A stretch of DNA of 64,000 nucleotides from Parcubacteria group bacterium. Its GTDB lineage: Bacteria > Patescibacteriota > Patescibacteriia > Patescibacteriales > GWC2-42-12. Positions 37,854 to 46,182 of the stretch are shown here, in pieces. The stretch covers positions 3,306-67,305 of the forward strand of contig JACPHD010000020.1 in NCBI GenBank assembly GCA_016188785.1, in the 5' to 3' direction. Position 1 is the first letter of the stretch, and each line of letters begins with the position of its first letter. The translations under genes were made by a program, and so were the position numbers. The notes under the pieces are model-generated. The model made no database searches and was not told the DNA's origin. It was given only the letters and a program-made list of their open reading frames with translations.

Positions 37854-40610
37854 ATGCCCGAAGAAGCTAAGCCAAAAGACAAAACGCAATTTATAACTTG
37901 CCCGACTTGCGGCGGCGCCGGTAAAGCCGGCCCTGGTTCAGCTTGCAAAAATTGTTCAGGCGCGGGCGTGATCGCTTTTTTAGACGGGCGGTTTTTTTAT
38001 TGGAATTTGCCTTTAACCGTTCCGGCCATAAAGTTAAGGCATTTAAAAAAAGGTTTAAATTTAATTTTAAATTTATCCGCCTATATTATGGGGCTGATCG
38101 GACTAATGGCTCTGACTTATTGGGTTTGGGCGGCCGGCGAGAAGACGGAGACTTTAGCGGCCTTTTCTTTTTGGCGCGTAAAAAGTCCGTTGATTTTAAC
38201 TTTTTGGTTAAGCGCTTTGTCCGATATGTTCGTCGTCTATCGCTTAAGCCGGGAAGAAGCGGCTAAGCAGAAAATCATCAAACTTAAATATCAGGAAACG
38301 GCCGAATCTAATTTTCCTGACAATTGGTCTGAATTTAACAAAGTAAAAAGCAAATATAAAATCGAAGTTTCGGGCGGCTTCAGCCCGGCCGCGCTTAAGG
38401 CGGTTGAACAAGCTTTTAATTTAGCCGATCGCGCCAGGCAGGGCCGGGTCAGGCCGGTTCATTTGTTTTTCAGTTTATTTAAGTACCCGGCGGTAGCGGC
38501 GGTTTTTTCCCGCCTGAATATTGATTCGACCAAACTAATCGCTAAATTAAAAAATCAATTATTGGCCATAGGGGCCGGGACCGAGTCGACCGAAATATCC
38601 GCGGAAATTAAAGAAATTTTTCTGGCGGCCTATATCAGCGCCTTAAATTACGGGCAAAAAAAAGTTGAGCCGGTTAATTTTATTTTGCCGATTTTAGCCA
38701 GGGATAAAAATTTAAGTGAACTGCTTTACGATTTGGAAATTGACCATGATAAGATAAATAACGTTATCCAATGGTTTTTAATAAATGAGCGTTTGCTTGA
38801 TAATTACCGCCGCTACCGCCAGGCGGCCCGTTTTAAGCCAGGCCAAGCCATGGATCGCGCCTATACGGCCGTGGCCACGCCAATCTTAAATCATTTTTCT
38901 TATGATTTGACCTTGGCCGCTAAATGGGGCCGGCTGGAATTATCCGTGGGCCGGGAAGATGAAATCAAAGCCGTTTTTCAGGCGCTGGAAAGCGGTAAAA
39001 GCGGAGCGCTTCTTGCCGGGCCGCCGGGCGTGGGTAAAAATATGGTTATCTGGCAAATCGCGCGAGACATGGTAGAAGAAGATGTGCCAAAAATGCTAAC
39101 CGATAAACGACTTTTAGAATTAGACATAACGCGCCTTTTAAGCGGGGCTTCGGCGGCCGAGGCCGAACAAAGGCTTTTGGTTATAATTGATGAAGTGGTC
39201 CGCGCCGGCAATATTATTTTATATATTAACAATCTGGAAAATTTAACCGGCATTACGGCTGGCAACGAAGCCAGTCTGGAGCTGTCGGAAGTTTTAGCCA
39301 GCGCCCTGGGACGGCATAATCTTATTTGTTTAGCCAGCGTCAGCCAGGATAATTATGCCAAATATATTGAAAATAAGCCTTTGGGTAATATTATGGCTAA
39401 AGTGGAAGTTAGCGAGCCGGATAATAATTTAGCCATTCAAATGCTGGAAAGTAAAATCGGTTTTTATGAAGCCAAATTTAAAGTTTATTTTACTTACGAT
39501 AGTTTAGCTAAGGCCGTGGAATTATCGGCTAAATATATTTATGATAAATACCTGCCGGCCAAAGCGGTTGATATTTTAGAAGCGATCGCGGTTAAAGTTT
39601 CTCAAGATAAAGGACTAAATAGTTTAGTCGGCGTTGAGGACGTGGCGGCCATCGTCAGTCAAAAGACAAAAATTCCTTTGACCAAGATTACTCAGACCGA
39701 AAGCGAAGTTTTACTTAATTTAGAGGAAAAAATGCATAGCCGCATGATTGGCCAGGCCGAAGCCGTAACCATGGTGGCGGCCAGTTTAAGGCGGGCCCGG
39801 ACCGAACTTAGGGAAACTAACAGGCCGATCGCCAGTTTTTTATTTTTAGGTCCGACCGGCGTGGGTAAAACCGAATTGGCTAAAACCGTGGCTGAAGTTT
39901 ATTTCGGCAACGAGGATTATATGACGCGCTTGGACATGAGCGAATACCAGCGGCAGGAGTCGTTGGAAAAAATGATCGGTTCGCCGGACGACGTTTCCGG
40001 TTATTTAACCGAGGCCGTGCGTCAGGCGCCGTTTTCTTTAATTCTCTTGGACGAACTGGAAAAAGCGCATCCGGACATCTTAAATTTATTTTTGCAGGTT
40101 ATGGATGATGGCCGTTTGACCGACGGGCAGGGGCGGACGATCAATTTTACTAATTGCATTATTATCGCGACTTCCAATATCGGCGCGGTTTATATTCAGG
40201 AGCAAATTAAAGCCGGCGCCGCGATTGAACAAATTAAGCAATCGCTAATTAACGACCAGCTAAATAAATATTTAAGGCCGGAGCTGATAAATCGTTTTGA
40301 CGGCGTGGTGGTGTTTAAGCCTTTGGCTATGGAGGAAGTGGAAAAAATTACCGAGTTGATGTTAAATAAAGTTCGACGGCTGTTAGAAGCTAAAGGCATT
40401 GGCTTAAAATACGGCCAGCTGGCGGTTAAAAAAATAGCTGAACTGGGTTTTGATCCGAAATTCGGCGCGCGGCCTTTGCGCCGTTTAATCCAGGAAAAAA
40501 TTGAAAACCAAATCGCGGACAAGGTTTTGGCCGGCGAGCTTAAAAGGCGGGATACGGTCGTGATTGACGGCCAGGCGCTCGTGAGCGTGGAAAAGGGCAG
40601 AAAGCTCTAG
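37854..40610 (+). CDS. ClpA/ClpB-family AAA+ ATPase with N-terminal Zn finger and two TM helices
   Basis: CPTCGGAG/CKNCSGAG, two hydrophobic helices, GPPGVGK, FLGPTGVGKTE, LLDELEKAH, FGARPLRR. Confidence 0.9.
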   Translation: MPEEAKPKDKTQFITCPTCGGAGKAGPGSACKNCSGAGVIAFLDGRFFYWNLPLTVPAIKLRHLKKGLNLILNLSAYIMGLIGLMALTYWVWAAGEKTETLAAFSFWRVKSPLILTFWLSALSDMFVVYRLSREEAAKQKIIKLKYQETAESNFPDNWSEFNKVKSKYKIEVSGGFSPAALKAVEQAFNLADRARQGRVRPVHLFFSLFKYPAVAAVFSRLNIDSTKLIAKLKNQLLAIGAGTESTEISAEIKEIFLAAYISALNYGQKKVEPVNFILPILARDKNLSELLYDLEIDHDKINNVIQWFLINERLLDNYRRYRQAARFKPGQAMDRAYTAVATPILNHFSYDLTLAAKWGRLELSVGREDEIKAVFQALESGKSGALLAGPPGVGKNMVIWQIARDMVEEDVPKMLTDKRLLELDITRLLSGASAAEAEQRLLVIIDEVVRAGNIILYINNLENLTGITAGNEASLELSEVLASALGRHNLICLASVSQDNYAKYIENKPLGNIMAKVEVSEPDNNLAIQMLESKIGFYEAKFKVYFTYDSLAKAVELSAKYIYDKYLPAKAVDILEAIAVKVSQDKGLNSLVGVEDVAAIVSQKTKIPLTKITQTESEVLLNLEEKMHSRMIGQAEAVTMVAASLRRARTELRETNRPIASFLFLGPTGVGKTELAKTVAEVYFGNEDYMTRLDMSEYQRQESLEKMIGSPDDVSGYLTEAVRQAPFSLILLDELEKAHPDILNLFLQVMDDGRLTDGQGRTINFTNCIIIATSNIGAVYIQEQIKAGAAIEQIKQSLINDQLNKYLRPELINRFDGVVVFKPLAMEEVEKITELMLNKVRRLLEAKGIGLKYGQLAVKKIAELGFDPKFGARPLRRLIQEKIENQIADKVLAGELKRRDTVVIDGQALVSVEKGRKL

Positions 40611-40649
40611 AAAATTACGAATTAGAAATTACGAATTACGAATTTTTCT

Positions 40650-40850
40650 TGTCATTCCCGCGCAGGCGGGAATCCAGGAGGGAGTGGTAGGAAGATTATT
40701 ATATATATGAAGATGGCCAGTATATAGAAATTGAACGCTATATAATATAAGATAATCCGGCTTGGCGTGATTTGTTTGTTAATATGCTATAAATAACAGT
40801 TGTACGTTTAATCCCTGGATTCCCGATAGCCTGCGGCTTCGGGAATGACA
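40650..40850. mobile_element. Family B inverted-repeat element with a decayed GIY-YIG remnant
   Basis: TGTCATTCCCGCGCAGGCGGGAATCCAGG ... CCTGGATTCCCG...GGGAATGACA. Confidence 0.8.
40694..40792 (+). pseudogene. Internally deleted GIY-YIG nuclease remnant
   Basis: Fragments DYYIY / MASI / RN*TLY / DNPAWRDLFVNML*, separated by frameshifts. Confidence 0.6.
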
Positions 40851-40940
40851 AATAAATGACAAATAAGAGAAAAGGACGGCCTCATATAAATTTTAGAGGA
40901 GAAAATTTATATAAAGTCGTCCTTGGTTAAAGACTTGGGC

Positions 40941-41210
40941 TTAGTAAAAGGTTACTGAATTCAACCCTTCTATGCGGAGAAAAACATTTACCTCGCTGGA
41001 GTCAATGTACGGCATATTTTGTCCTATTTTTTTATAACATTTTACTTCTTTTACCGTTATTCCCATATTCCCCAGCCACTCGCGGGCAATGGTCTCAAAT
41101 TGATCTTTCATGGGCCAATGTTTTCGTTTAAGACCCAAAAAGGCAACAACCGACTGACCAGGAGAAAAGATCATCGGCTCCGACGGGTTAGACAAAAGAT
41201 AATTTTCCAT
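40941..41210 (-). CDS. Hypothetical protein
   Basis: 89 aa, SD GGGAG; hairpin downstream at about 40872-40924. Confidence 0.55.
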   Translation of the reverse strand: MENYLLSNPSEPMIFSPGQSVVAFLGLKRKHWPMKDQFETIAREWLGNMGITVKEVKCYKKIGQNMPYIDSSEVNVFLRIEGLNSVTFY

Positions 41211-41379
41211 TTTTTCTCCCCTTAGATGAGCGATTTTGAAAAAGTTAATTGCCCATGTTCACCTTAATTTCACCTCCTTATTTTGTTTATTTTTAGGGAT
41301 TTAGTTTATCCATAAAGTTTGTTATAACCTAATTTTTTTAAAAAAGCAAGTTTAAATTGTGGATAAGTTTATACTAAGA

Positions 41380-41506
41380 TGTCATTGCGAGCGACCGGAG
41401 GGAGCGAAGCAATCCCACTAACAAAGAGTTGCAATAAAACTTTCCACTTTACTTTAAACTTCTTGTCCGTGAGATTGCTTCGTCGCTATCGCTCCTCGAA
41501 ATAACA
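41380..41506. repeat. Family A palindromic element
   Basis: Same ends as 37708-37842, with the spacer inverted. Confidence 0.88.
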
Positions 41507-41516
41507 AAAAAATAAT

Positions 41517-42545
41517 ATGTCATTTTATTTTCAAATTTTTATAATTACTCTTCTCTTGTCGGCCGGATTGACTTGGCTGGTAATTAAGCTGGCCGTGAAA
41601 CTGAAAATTACGGATAAACCTGACCGAGACAGAAAAATTCACGCGCGGGAAACGCCGCTACTCGGTGGTTTAGCCGTGTTTTTAGCTTTTTTTATTGTTT
41701 TATATTTTACGCGAGGCGCTCTTTTGTCCGGCAATTTAGAGCCGCGGCATTGGCTGGGATTTTTTGTGGGCGCCGGTTTTTTAATGTTCGGCGGCTGGTT
41801 AGATGATAAATACAGTTTAAAACCAATCCAACAAATTATCTGGCCGGCGCTGGCGGTTGCCAGCATTATCGCCGGCGGCGTGCAAATTGAGAAAATCACC
41901 AATCCGTTCGGCGGCTATATTTATTTAGGCGCGGTTTCGGCCGGGCTGATCGCGGTCTGGCTTTTTGGTATGATGTACGCCACCAAACTCTTGGACGGTC
42001 TGGATGGTTTGGTTTCCGGCCTGACGGCTATCGGCGCTATAATAATTTTTTTATTTACCCAGACGGCGAAATATTATCAGCCGGATATCGGCTTGGCCGC
42101 TTTAATTTTAGCCGCCGCTTGTTCAGGCTTTTTAATTTTTAACTGGCAGCCGGCAAAAATATTTTTAGGCGAAGGCGGCTCGCTTTTTTTAGGCTACGCC
42201 CTGGGCGTGCTTTCAATCATCTCCGGCGGCAAAATCGCCATGGCTTTATTAGTTATGGGCTTGCCGGTTTTGGACCTGGCCTGGACTATCGTCAGGCGAA
42301 TCATGGCCGGAAAAAATCCTTTTAAATTCGCGGATAGAAAACATCTGCATTTTCGCCTGTTAAATCTTGGTTTAACCGTTAGAAAATCAGTTTTATTTTT
42401 TTACGCCATTTCTCTAATTTTTGGCTTAGCCGCCTTATTTTTACAAAGTAAAGGCAAGGCCTTGGCCTTAGCCGCTTTGGGCTTAATTATGATAGTGATA
42501 ATATTGTTATTTTATTATCTTGACAGAAAGAATAAAATGATTTAA
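41517..42545 (+). CDS. Undecaprenyl-phosphate GlcNAc-1-P transferase (WecA/TagO, MraY family)
   Basis: RKIH...PLLGG, LDD, DGLDGL, PAKIFLGEGG, DRKHLH. Confidence 0.92.
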   Translation: MSFYFQIFIITLLLSAGLTWLVIKLAVKLKITDKPDRDRKIHARETPLLGGLAVFLAFFIVLYFTRGALLSGNLEPRHWLGFFVGAGFLMFGGWLDDKYSLKPIQQIIWPALAVASIIAGGVQIEKITNPFGGYIYLGAVSAGLIAVWLFGMMYATKLLDGLDGLVSGLTAIGAIIIFLFTQTAKYYQPDIGLAALILAAACSGFLIFNWQPAKIFLGEGGSLFLGYALGVLSIISGGKIAMALLVMGLPVLDLAWTIVRRIMAGKNPFKFADRKHLHFRLLNLGLTVRKSVLFFYAISLIFGLAALFLQSKGKALALAALGLIMIVIILLFYYLDRKNKMI

Positions 42546-42555
42546 GATAATTTTT

Positions 42556-42858
42556 ATGATAGCAGTGATTAAAACCGGTGGCAAGCAATACAAAGTCGCG
42601 GTCGGGCAAAATTTAAAGATTGAAAAAATTGACGCCCAAGTCGGCGCGGTTTTAAAGTTTCCAACTTTGCTTACGGCCGAAGCGGAAGAGGTTAATTTAG
42701 GCAAGCCTTATTTAGGCGAGATAGTTGAGGGCCGGGTTTTAGAGCAAGGCAAGGGCAAAAAAATCAGCGTGGTAAAGTTTAAAAATAAAACCAGGTATAA
42801 AAGAAATGTCGGCCATCGGCAGCCGTTCACGAAAGTAGAAATAACTAAGATTGTATAA
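42556..42858 (+). CDS. rplU: 50S ribosomal protein L21
   Basis: IKTGGKQYKV, GHRQ. Confidence 0.98.
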   Translation: MIAVIKTGGKQYKVAVGQNLKIEKIDAQVGAVLKFPTLLTAEAEEVNLGKPYLGEIVEGRVLEQGKGKKISVVKFKNKTRYKRNVGHRQPFTKVEITKIV

Positions 42859-42859
42859 A

Positions 42860-43010
42860 ATTAGAAATTTAAAATGTAAATATCAAAATGAAAAATGACA
42901 AGGCAAAATTTAAAATTACAAATAACAAATTTCAAACAATCTCTAAATTCTAATTTGCTAATTTCCAAAAAAACTTAATTTTTTAGTATTTGTTATTTAG
43001 AATTTGTTTG
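42860..43010. repeat. Heptamer-based element (family E) overlapping the recR 3' end
   Basis: AAATTACAAATAACAAATTTCAAACAAT..., homologous to 35484-35604. Confidence 0.7.
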
Positions 43011-43597
43011 TTCCTATACTTTAGCGCGTTAGTCAGGGTAATTTCGTCCGCGTATTCTAAATCCGCGCCCATGGGCAGGCCCTTAGCTAAGCGGGTGATT
43101 TTTATTTTATGTGATTTTAATAATTTAGTCAGATACATAGAAGTAGTTTCGCCTTCAAGATCAGGATTAAAAGCCAAAATAACTTCTTTGGCGCTAGTTT
43201 GTTTTAAATGGTTTAATAGGGCCTTAAGATTTAACTGCTCCGGTTTTATGCCTTCAATCATATTTATGACTCCGCCTAAAATATGATAGACGCCGTTATA
43301 TTGCTTAGTAGCTTCAATGGCTAACATATCCCGCGTGTCCGCGATTAGGCAGATGATAGACTGATTTCTTTTCGCGTCAGAGCAGATTGGGCAAGGGTTA
43401 GATTCGGCTATGGCTAAACAGGTTTCGCAAACTGTGGTTTTTTCTTTAACTTCGGCCAGAGCTTGAGCGAATTGCTGCAGCCATTCAGCGTGCTGGCTTA
43501 ATAAATAAAAAACATAGCGCTCGGCCGTTTTAGGGCCGACGGTCGGCAGCTTGGAAAAATAATTTATTAGATTTTGGATAGAAGTGGGATAACGCAT
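42983..43597 (-). CDS. recR: Recombination mediator RecR
   Basis: LPTVGPKTA, C4 Zn finger, YHILGG, EGETT, GADLEYAD. Confidence 0.97.
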   Translation of the reverse strand: MRYPTSIQNLINYFSKLPTVGPKTAERYVFYLLSQHAEWLQQFAQALAEVKEKTTVCETCLAIAESNPCPICSDAKRNQSIICLIADTRDMLAIEATKQYNGVYHILGGVINMIEGIKPEQLNLKALLNHLKQTSAKEVILAFNPDLEGETTSMYLTKLLKSHKIKITRLAKGLPMGADLEYADEITLTNALKYRNKQILNNKY

Positions 43598-43601
43598 AAA
43601 A

Positions 43602-43799
43602 AAATGACAAATGACTAATTTCTAATGACAAATCAATGTCAAAATCCCCGGCCCGCCTCGCGTTAAATATATTACTGATAATTACTCATTAGCATCTACT
43701 GAACAACTTAAATTGATAGACAAGTTAACGGCGAGCGGGGCAGGCCAAATGTCAAAAAATATTTTTAAATTTGTCATTTGTCATTGGAAATTTGTCATT
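43602..43799. repeat. Family E heptamer palindrome interrupted by a 98-nt family C-like element (43647-43744)
   Basis: (AATGACA)n...(TGTCATT)n with CCCGGCCCGCCTCGCGTTAA...TTAACGGCGAGCGGGGCAGG inside. Confidence 0.75.
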
Positions 43800-44065
43800 C
43801 CGCTTAGTCCGCCCATTTCCTGTACCTTTTTAGCCATTAGCTTTTGCGCCCGTTTGATAGTTTCGTTAACGGTCTGGGTTAAAATATTTTCCAGATTGCC
43901 GTTGCGCGTCTCGGCGTTTATGGTCAGCTTGGTAATTTCCAGATTGCCGTTCATGGTTATTTTAACGCCATTTTTTTCATATTCAACCGATTCCAGCGCT
44001 AAAGCGTTTTGCAGAGTTTTGGCTTGATTTCTTAAGTCTTTAAATTGTTTTAATTTGTTAAACAT
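43781..44065 (-). CDS. ybaB: YbaB/EbfC nucleoid-associated protein
   Basis: MFNKLKQ..., VKITMNG; immediately upstream of recR. Confidence 0.85.
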   Translation of the reverse strand: MFNKLKQFKDLRNQAKTLQNALALESVEYEKNGVKITMNGNLEITKLTINAETRNGNLENILTQTVNETIKRAQKLMAKKVQEMGGLSGMTNFQ

Positions 44066-44074
44066 AATGAGTAT

Positions 44075-44225
44075 TGTCATTGCGAGCGACCCCGCATCTG
44101 CGGGGGAGCGAAGCAATCTCACGGATGTCTTGTAAGTATGATGGTGGTAATATTTTAGTGAAAAGTCGTTGTTTGTGAGATTGCTTCGTCGCTTCCGCCT
44201 GCTGGCGGAGCTCCTCGCAATGACA
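44075..44225. repeat. Family A element with two mini-hairpin inserts
   Basis: Family A ends; CCCGCATCTGCGGG in the left arm and TCCGCCTGCTGGCGGA (44194-44209) in the right arm. Confidence 0.9.
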
Positions 44226-44234
44226 ATTAATTTT

Positions 44235-45626
44235 TTAGTATTCTGGCGCTTCCATGCCGGTTTTTTCCATGTTTTTAAAGCTCACCGTATCTTCATCAAA
44301 AAATAAATTAACTTTGCCGGTCGGTCCGTTTCTGTGCTTGGCAATATGCACTTCAGCCAGATGTTTTTCACTTTCCGGCAGTTCATCATAATTATAGCCT
44401 CGATCAGCCGCCTTGCGGTAAATAAACATGACCACGTCCGCGTCCTGCTCAATTGAGCCTGATTCTCTTAAATGGGCCAGCCGGGGTATGGCCGGCCGGG
44501 ACATTTCCGCGGCGCGCGATAATTGAGACAGAGCGAAGACCGGGATATTAAGTTCGCGGGCAATGCCTTTAAGGCCGCGGGTAATTTCGGAAACTTCCTG
44601 CACGCGGTTATCGCCGTATTGGCCCCGGCCTTCCATTAATTGCAAGTAGTCCACGATCAATAAACCCAGGCCTTTTTCAACCTGAAGCCGGCGCGCTTTA
44701 GTCCTTATTTCCATGATATTGGAACTGGCCGAGTCGTCGATATAAATCGGCGCTTCGGATAACCGGCCCATAGCCTCGCCGATGCGCGAGAAATCATTAT
44801 CTTCTTCTCTATCCGATAATTTACCGGTGCGCATGCGCCATAAGCTGACGTTGGCCTGGGCGCAAAGCATGCGGTCAACCAATTGCTCTTTGCTCATTTC
44901 CAAAGAAAATATGCCGATCGGGGTTTTACTGATTAAGCCCGCTTGCCGGGCAACATCCAGAGCTAAAGAAGTTTTACCCACGCTCGGCCTGGCGGCTAAA
45001 ATTATTAAATCTGATTTTTGCAAGCCGGCCAAAAGGTTATCCAAATCAGGAAAACCAGTGGGCAAGCCGCGCAGTTTGCCGCTTTGTTTATGCAATTCGT
45101 CAATGCGATCAAAAGCCTCGGCTAATAAATTATCAATCGGCTGAAAAACATTTTTTAAATATTTTTGCGAAACGCCGAATAATTTTTGTTCGGCTTGGTC
45201 CAGCAGTTTTTCAATTTCTTCATCTTCGCGATAGCCAAGTTCGGTTATTTCGGCCGAAGCTGAAAGCAAGCGCCTTAAAGTGGCTTTGCGCTGGATAATA
45301 TTAGAGTAGTGGACGGCATGGGCCGAAGTCGCCACTGTATTGCCCAATTCCGCTATGTAGGTTCGCCCGCCCACGGCTTCTAATTTATTTTTTTCTTCCA
45401 GTTTTGAAGTTAATGTTAAAATATCAATCGGTTCATGGCGGGCATAAAGCTCCCGCATAACTTCATAGATAAGGCTGTGACTGTCTTTATAAAAATCTGC
45501 CGGCCTTAAAGTGTCGGCGATTTTAAAAATCGCGTCTTTATCTATCATTAAACAGCCTAAAATAGAAGCCTCGGCCTCAAGATTTTGCGGCGGTAATTTT
45601 GTAATGGAATTTTTATTTTCGGCCAT
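44235..45626 (-). CDS. dnaB: Replicative DNA helicase
   Basis: PPQNLEAE, AARPSVGKT, VDYLQL, LRESGSIEQDAD, KHRNG. Confidence 0.99.
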   Translation of the reverse strand: MAENKNSITKLPPQNLEAEASILGCLMIDKDAIFKIADTLRPADFYKDSHSLIYEVMRELYARHEPIDILTLTSKLEEKNKLEAVGGRTYIAELGNTVATSAHAVHYSNIIQRKATLRRLLSASAEITELGYREDEEIEKLLDQAEQKLFGVSQKYLKNVFQPIDNLLAEAFDRIDELHKQSGKLRGLPTGFPDLDNLLAGLQKSDLIILAARPSVGKTSLALDVARQAGLISKTPIGIFSLEMSKEQLVDRMLCAQANVSLWRMRTGKLSDREEDNDFSRIGEAMGRLSEAPIYIDDSASSNIMEIRTKARRLQVEKGLGLLIVDYLQLMEGRGQYGDNRVQEVSEITRGLKGIARELNIPVFALSQLSRAAEMSRPAIPRLAHLRESGSIEQDADVVMFIYRKAADRGYNYDELPESEKHLAEVHIAKHRNGPTGKVNLFFDEDTVSFKNMEKTGMEAPEY

Positions 45627-45709
45627 AGTTTCATACTACAATGGCTGGCCGGTTTAAGCAAGAGCGATTTTTCTTGCCATTTCTAATGTTATATGTTATT
45701 TTAATAATG

Positions 45710-45777
45710 TTAACCCCGTTAAATCCCAATTATTATTGGGGCGTAAAGCATATTTTAACGGGGTTAATCAATCGCTA
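45710..45777. repeat. Family D palindromic element
   Basis: TTAACCCCGTTAAA...TTTAACGGGGTTAA. Confidence 0.8.
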
Positions 45778-45784
45778 AATGCGG

Positions 45785-46127
45785 TTTCGCGCTGTTACCG
45801 CGCCCGCTAACGCCTAAGCGTAGCGATGGCGGGCGGGGCTCAGTTGGCAGGCAAAGTATATGTATTATACTTATGTACTAATCAGTATAAAAGATAAAAA
45901 ATTATATATTGGGTTTACTAATGATTTAAGCAAAAGGTTTCTTGAACATCAGAATGGCCAAGTAAATTCCACAAGAGATAGAAGACCATTAAAATTAGTA
46001 TATTATGAGGCTTGCCATGATAAATATAAAGCCTTAGGCAGGGAAAAATATTTTAAAACAGGTTTTGGCAGAAAGTTTTTAGAAAATAGAATATAATATA
46101 ATTTCGCGCTGTTAGCTCAGTTGGCAG
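45785..46127 (+). mobile_element. GIY-YIG cassette bounded by a 26-bp direct repeat of the tRNA-Lys 5' end
   Basis: TTTCGCGCTGTTA[40-nt insert]GCTCAGTTGGCAG at 45785-45850 matches 46102-46127. Confidence 0.8.
45860..46096 (+). CDS. Small GIY-YIG nuclease
   Basis: YYTYVL...LYIGFTNDL..RF.EH..G...LVYYE...REKYFKTG.GR. Confidence 0.93.
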   Translation: MYYTYVLISIKDKKLYIGFTNDLSKRFLEHQNGQVNSTRDRRPLKLVYYEACHDKYKALGREKYFKTGFGRKFLENRI

Positions 46128-46181
46128 AGCAGCTCCCTTTTAAGGAGAAGGTCACTGGTTCGAATCCAGTACAGCGCACCA
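46106..46181 (+). tRNA. tRNA-Lys(UUU)
   Basis: GCGCTGT/ACAGCGC acceptor stem, anticodon loop CTTTTAA, TTCGAAT T-loop, encoded CCA. Confidence 0.97.
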
Positions 46182-46182
46182 A

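Noticed and set aside
43781..44122. N-terminally extended YbaB
   Set aside because: The extension is a family A repeat arm; the likely start is 44065.
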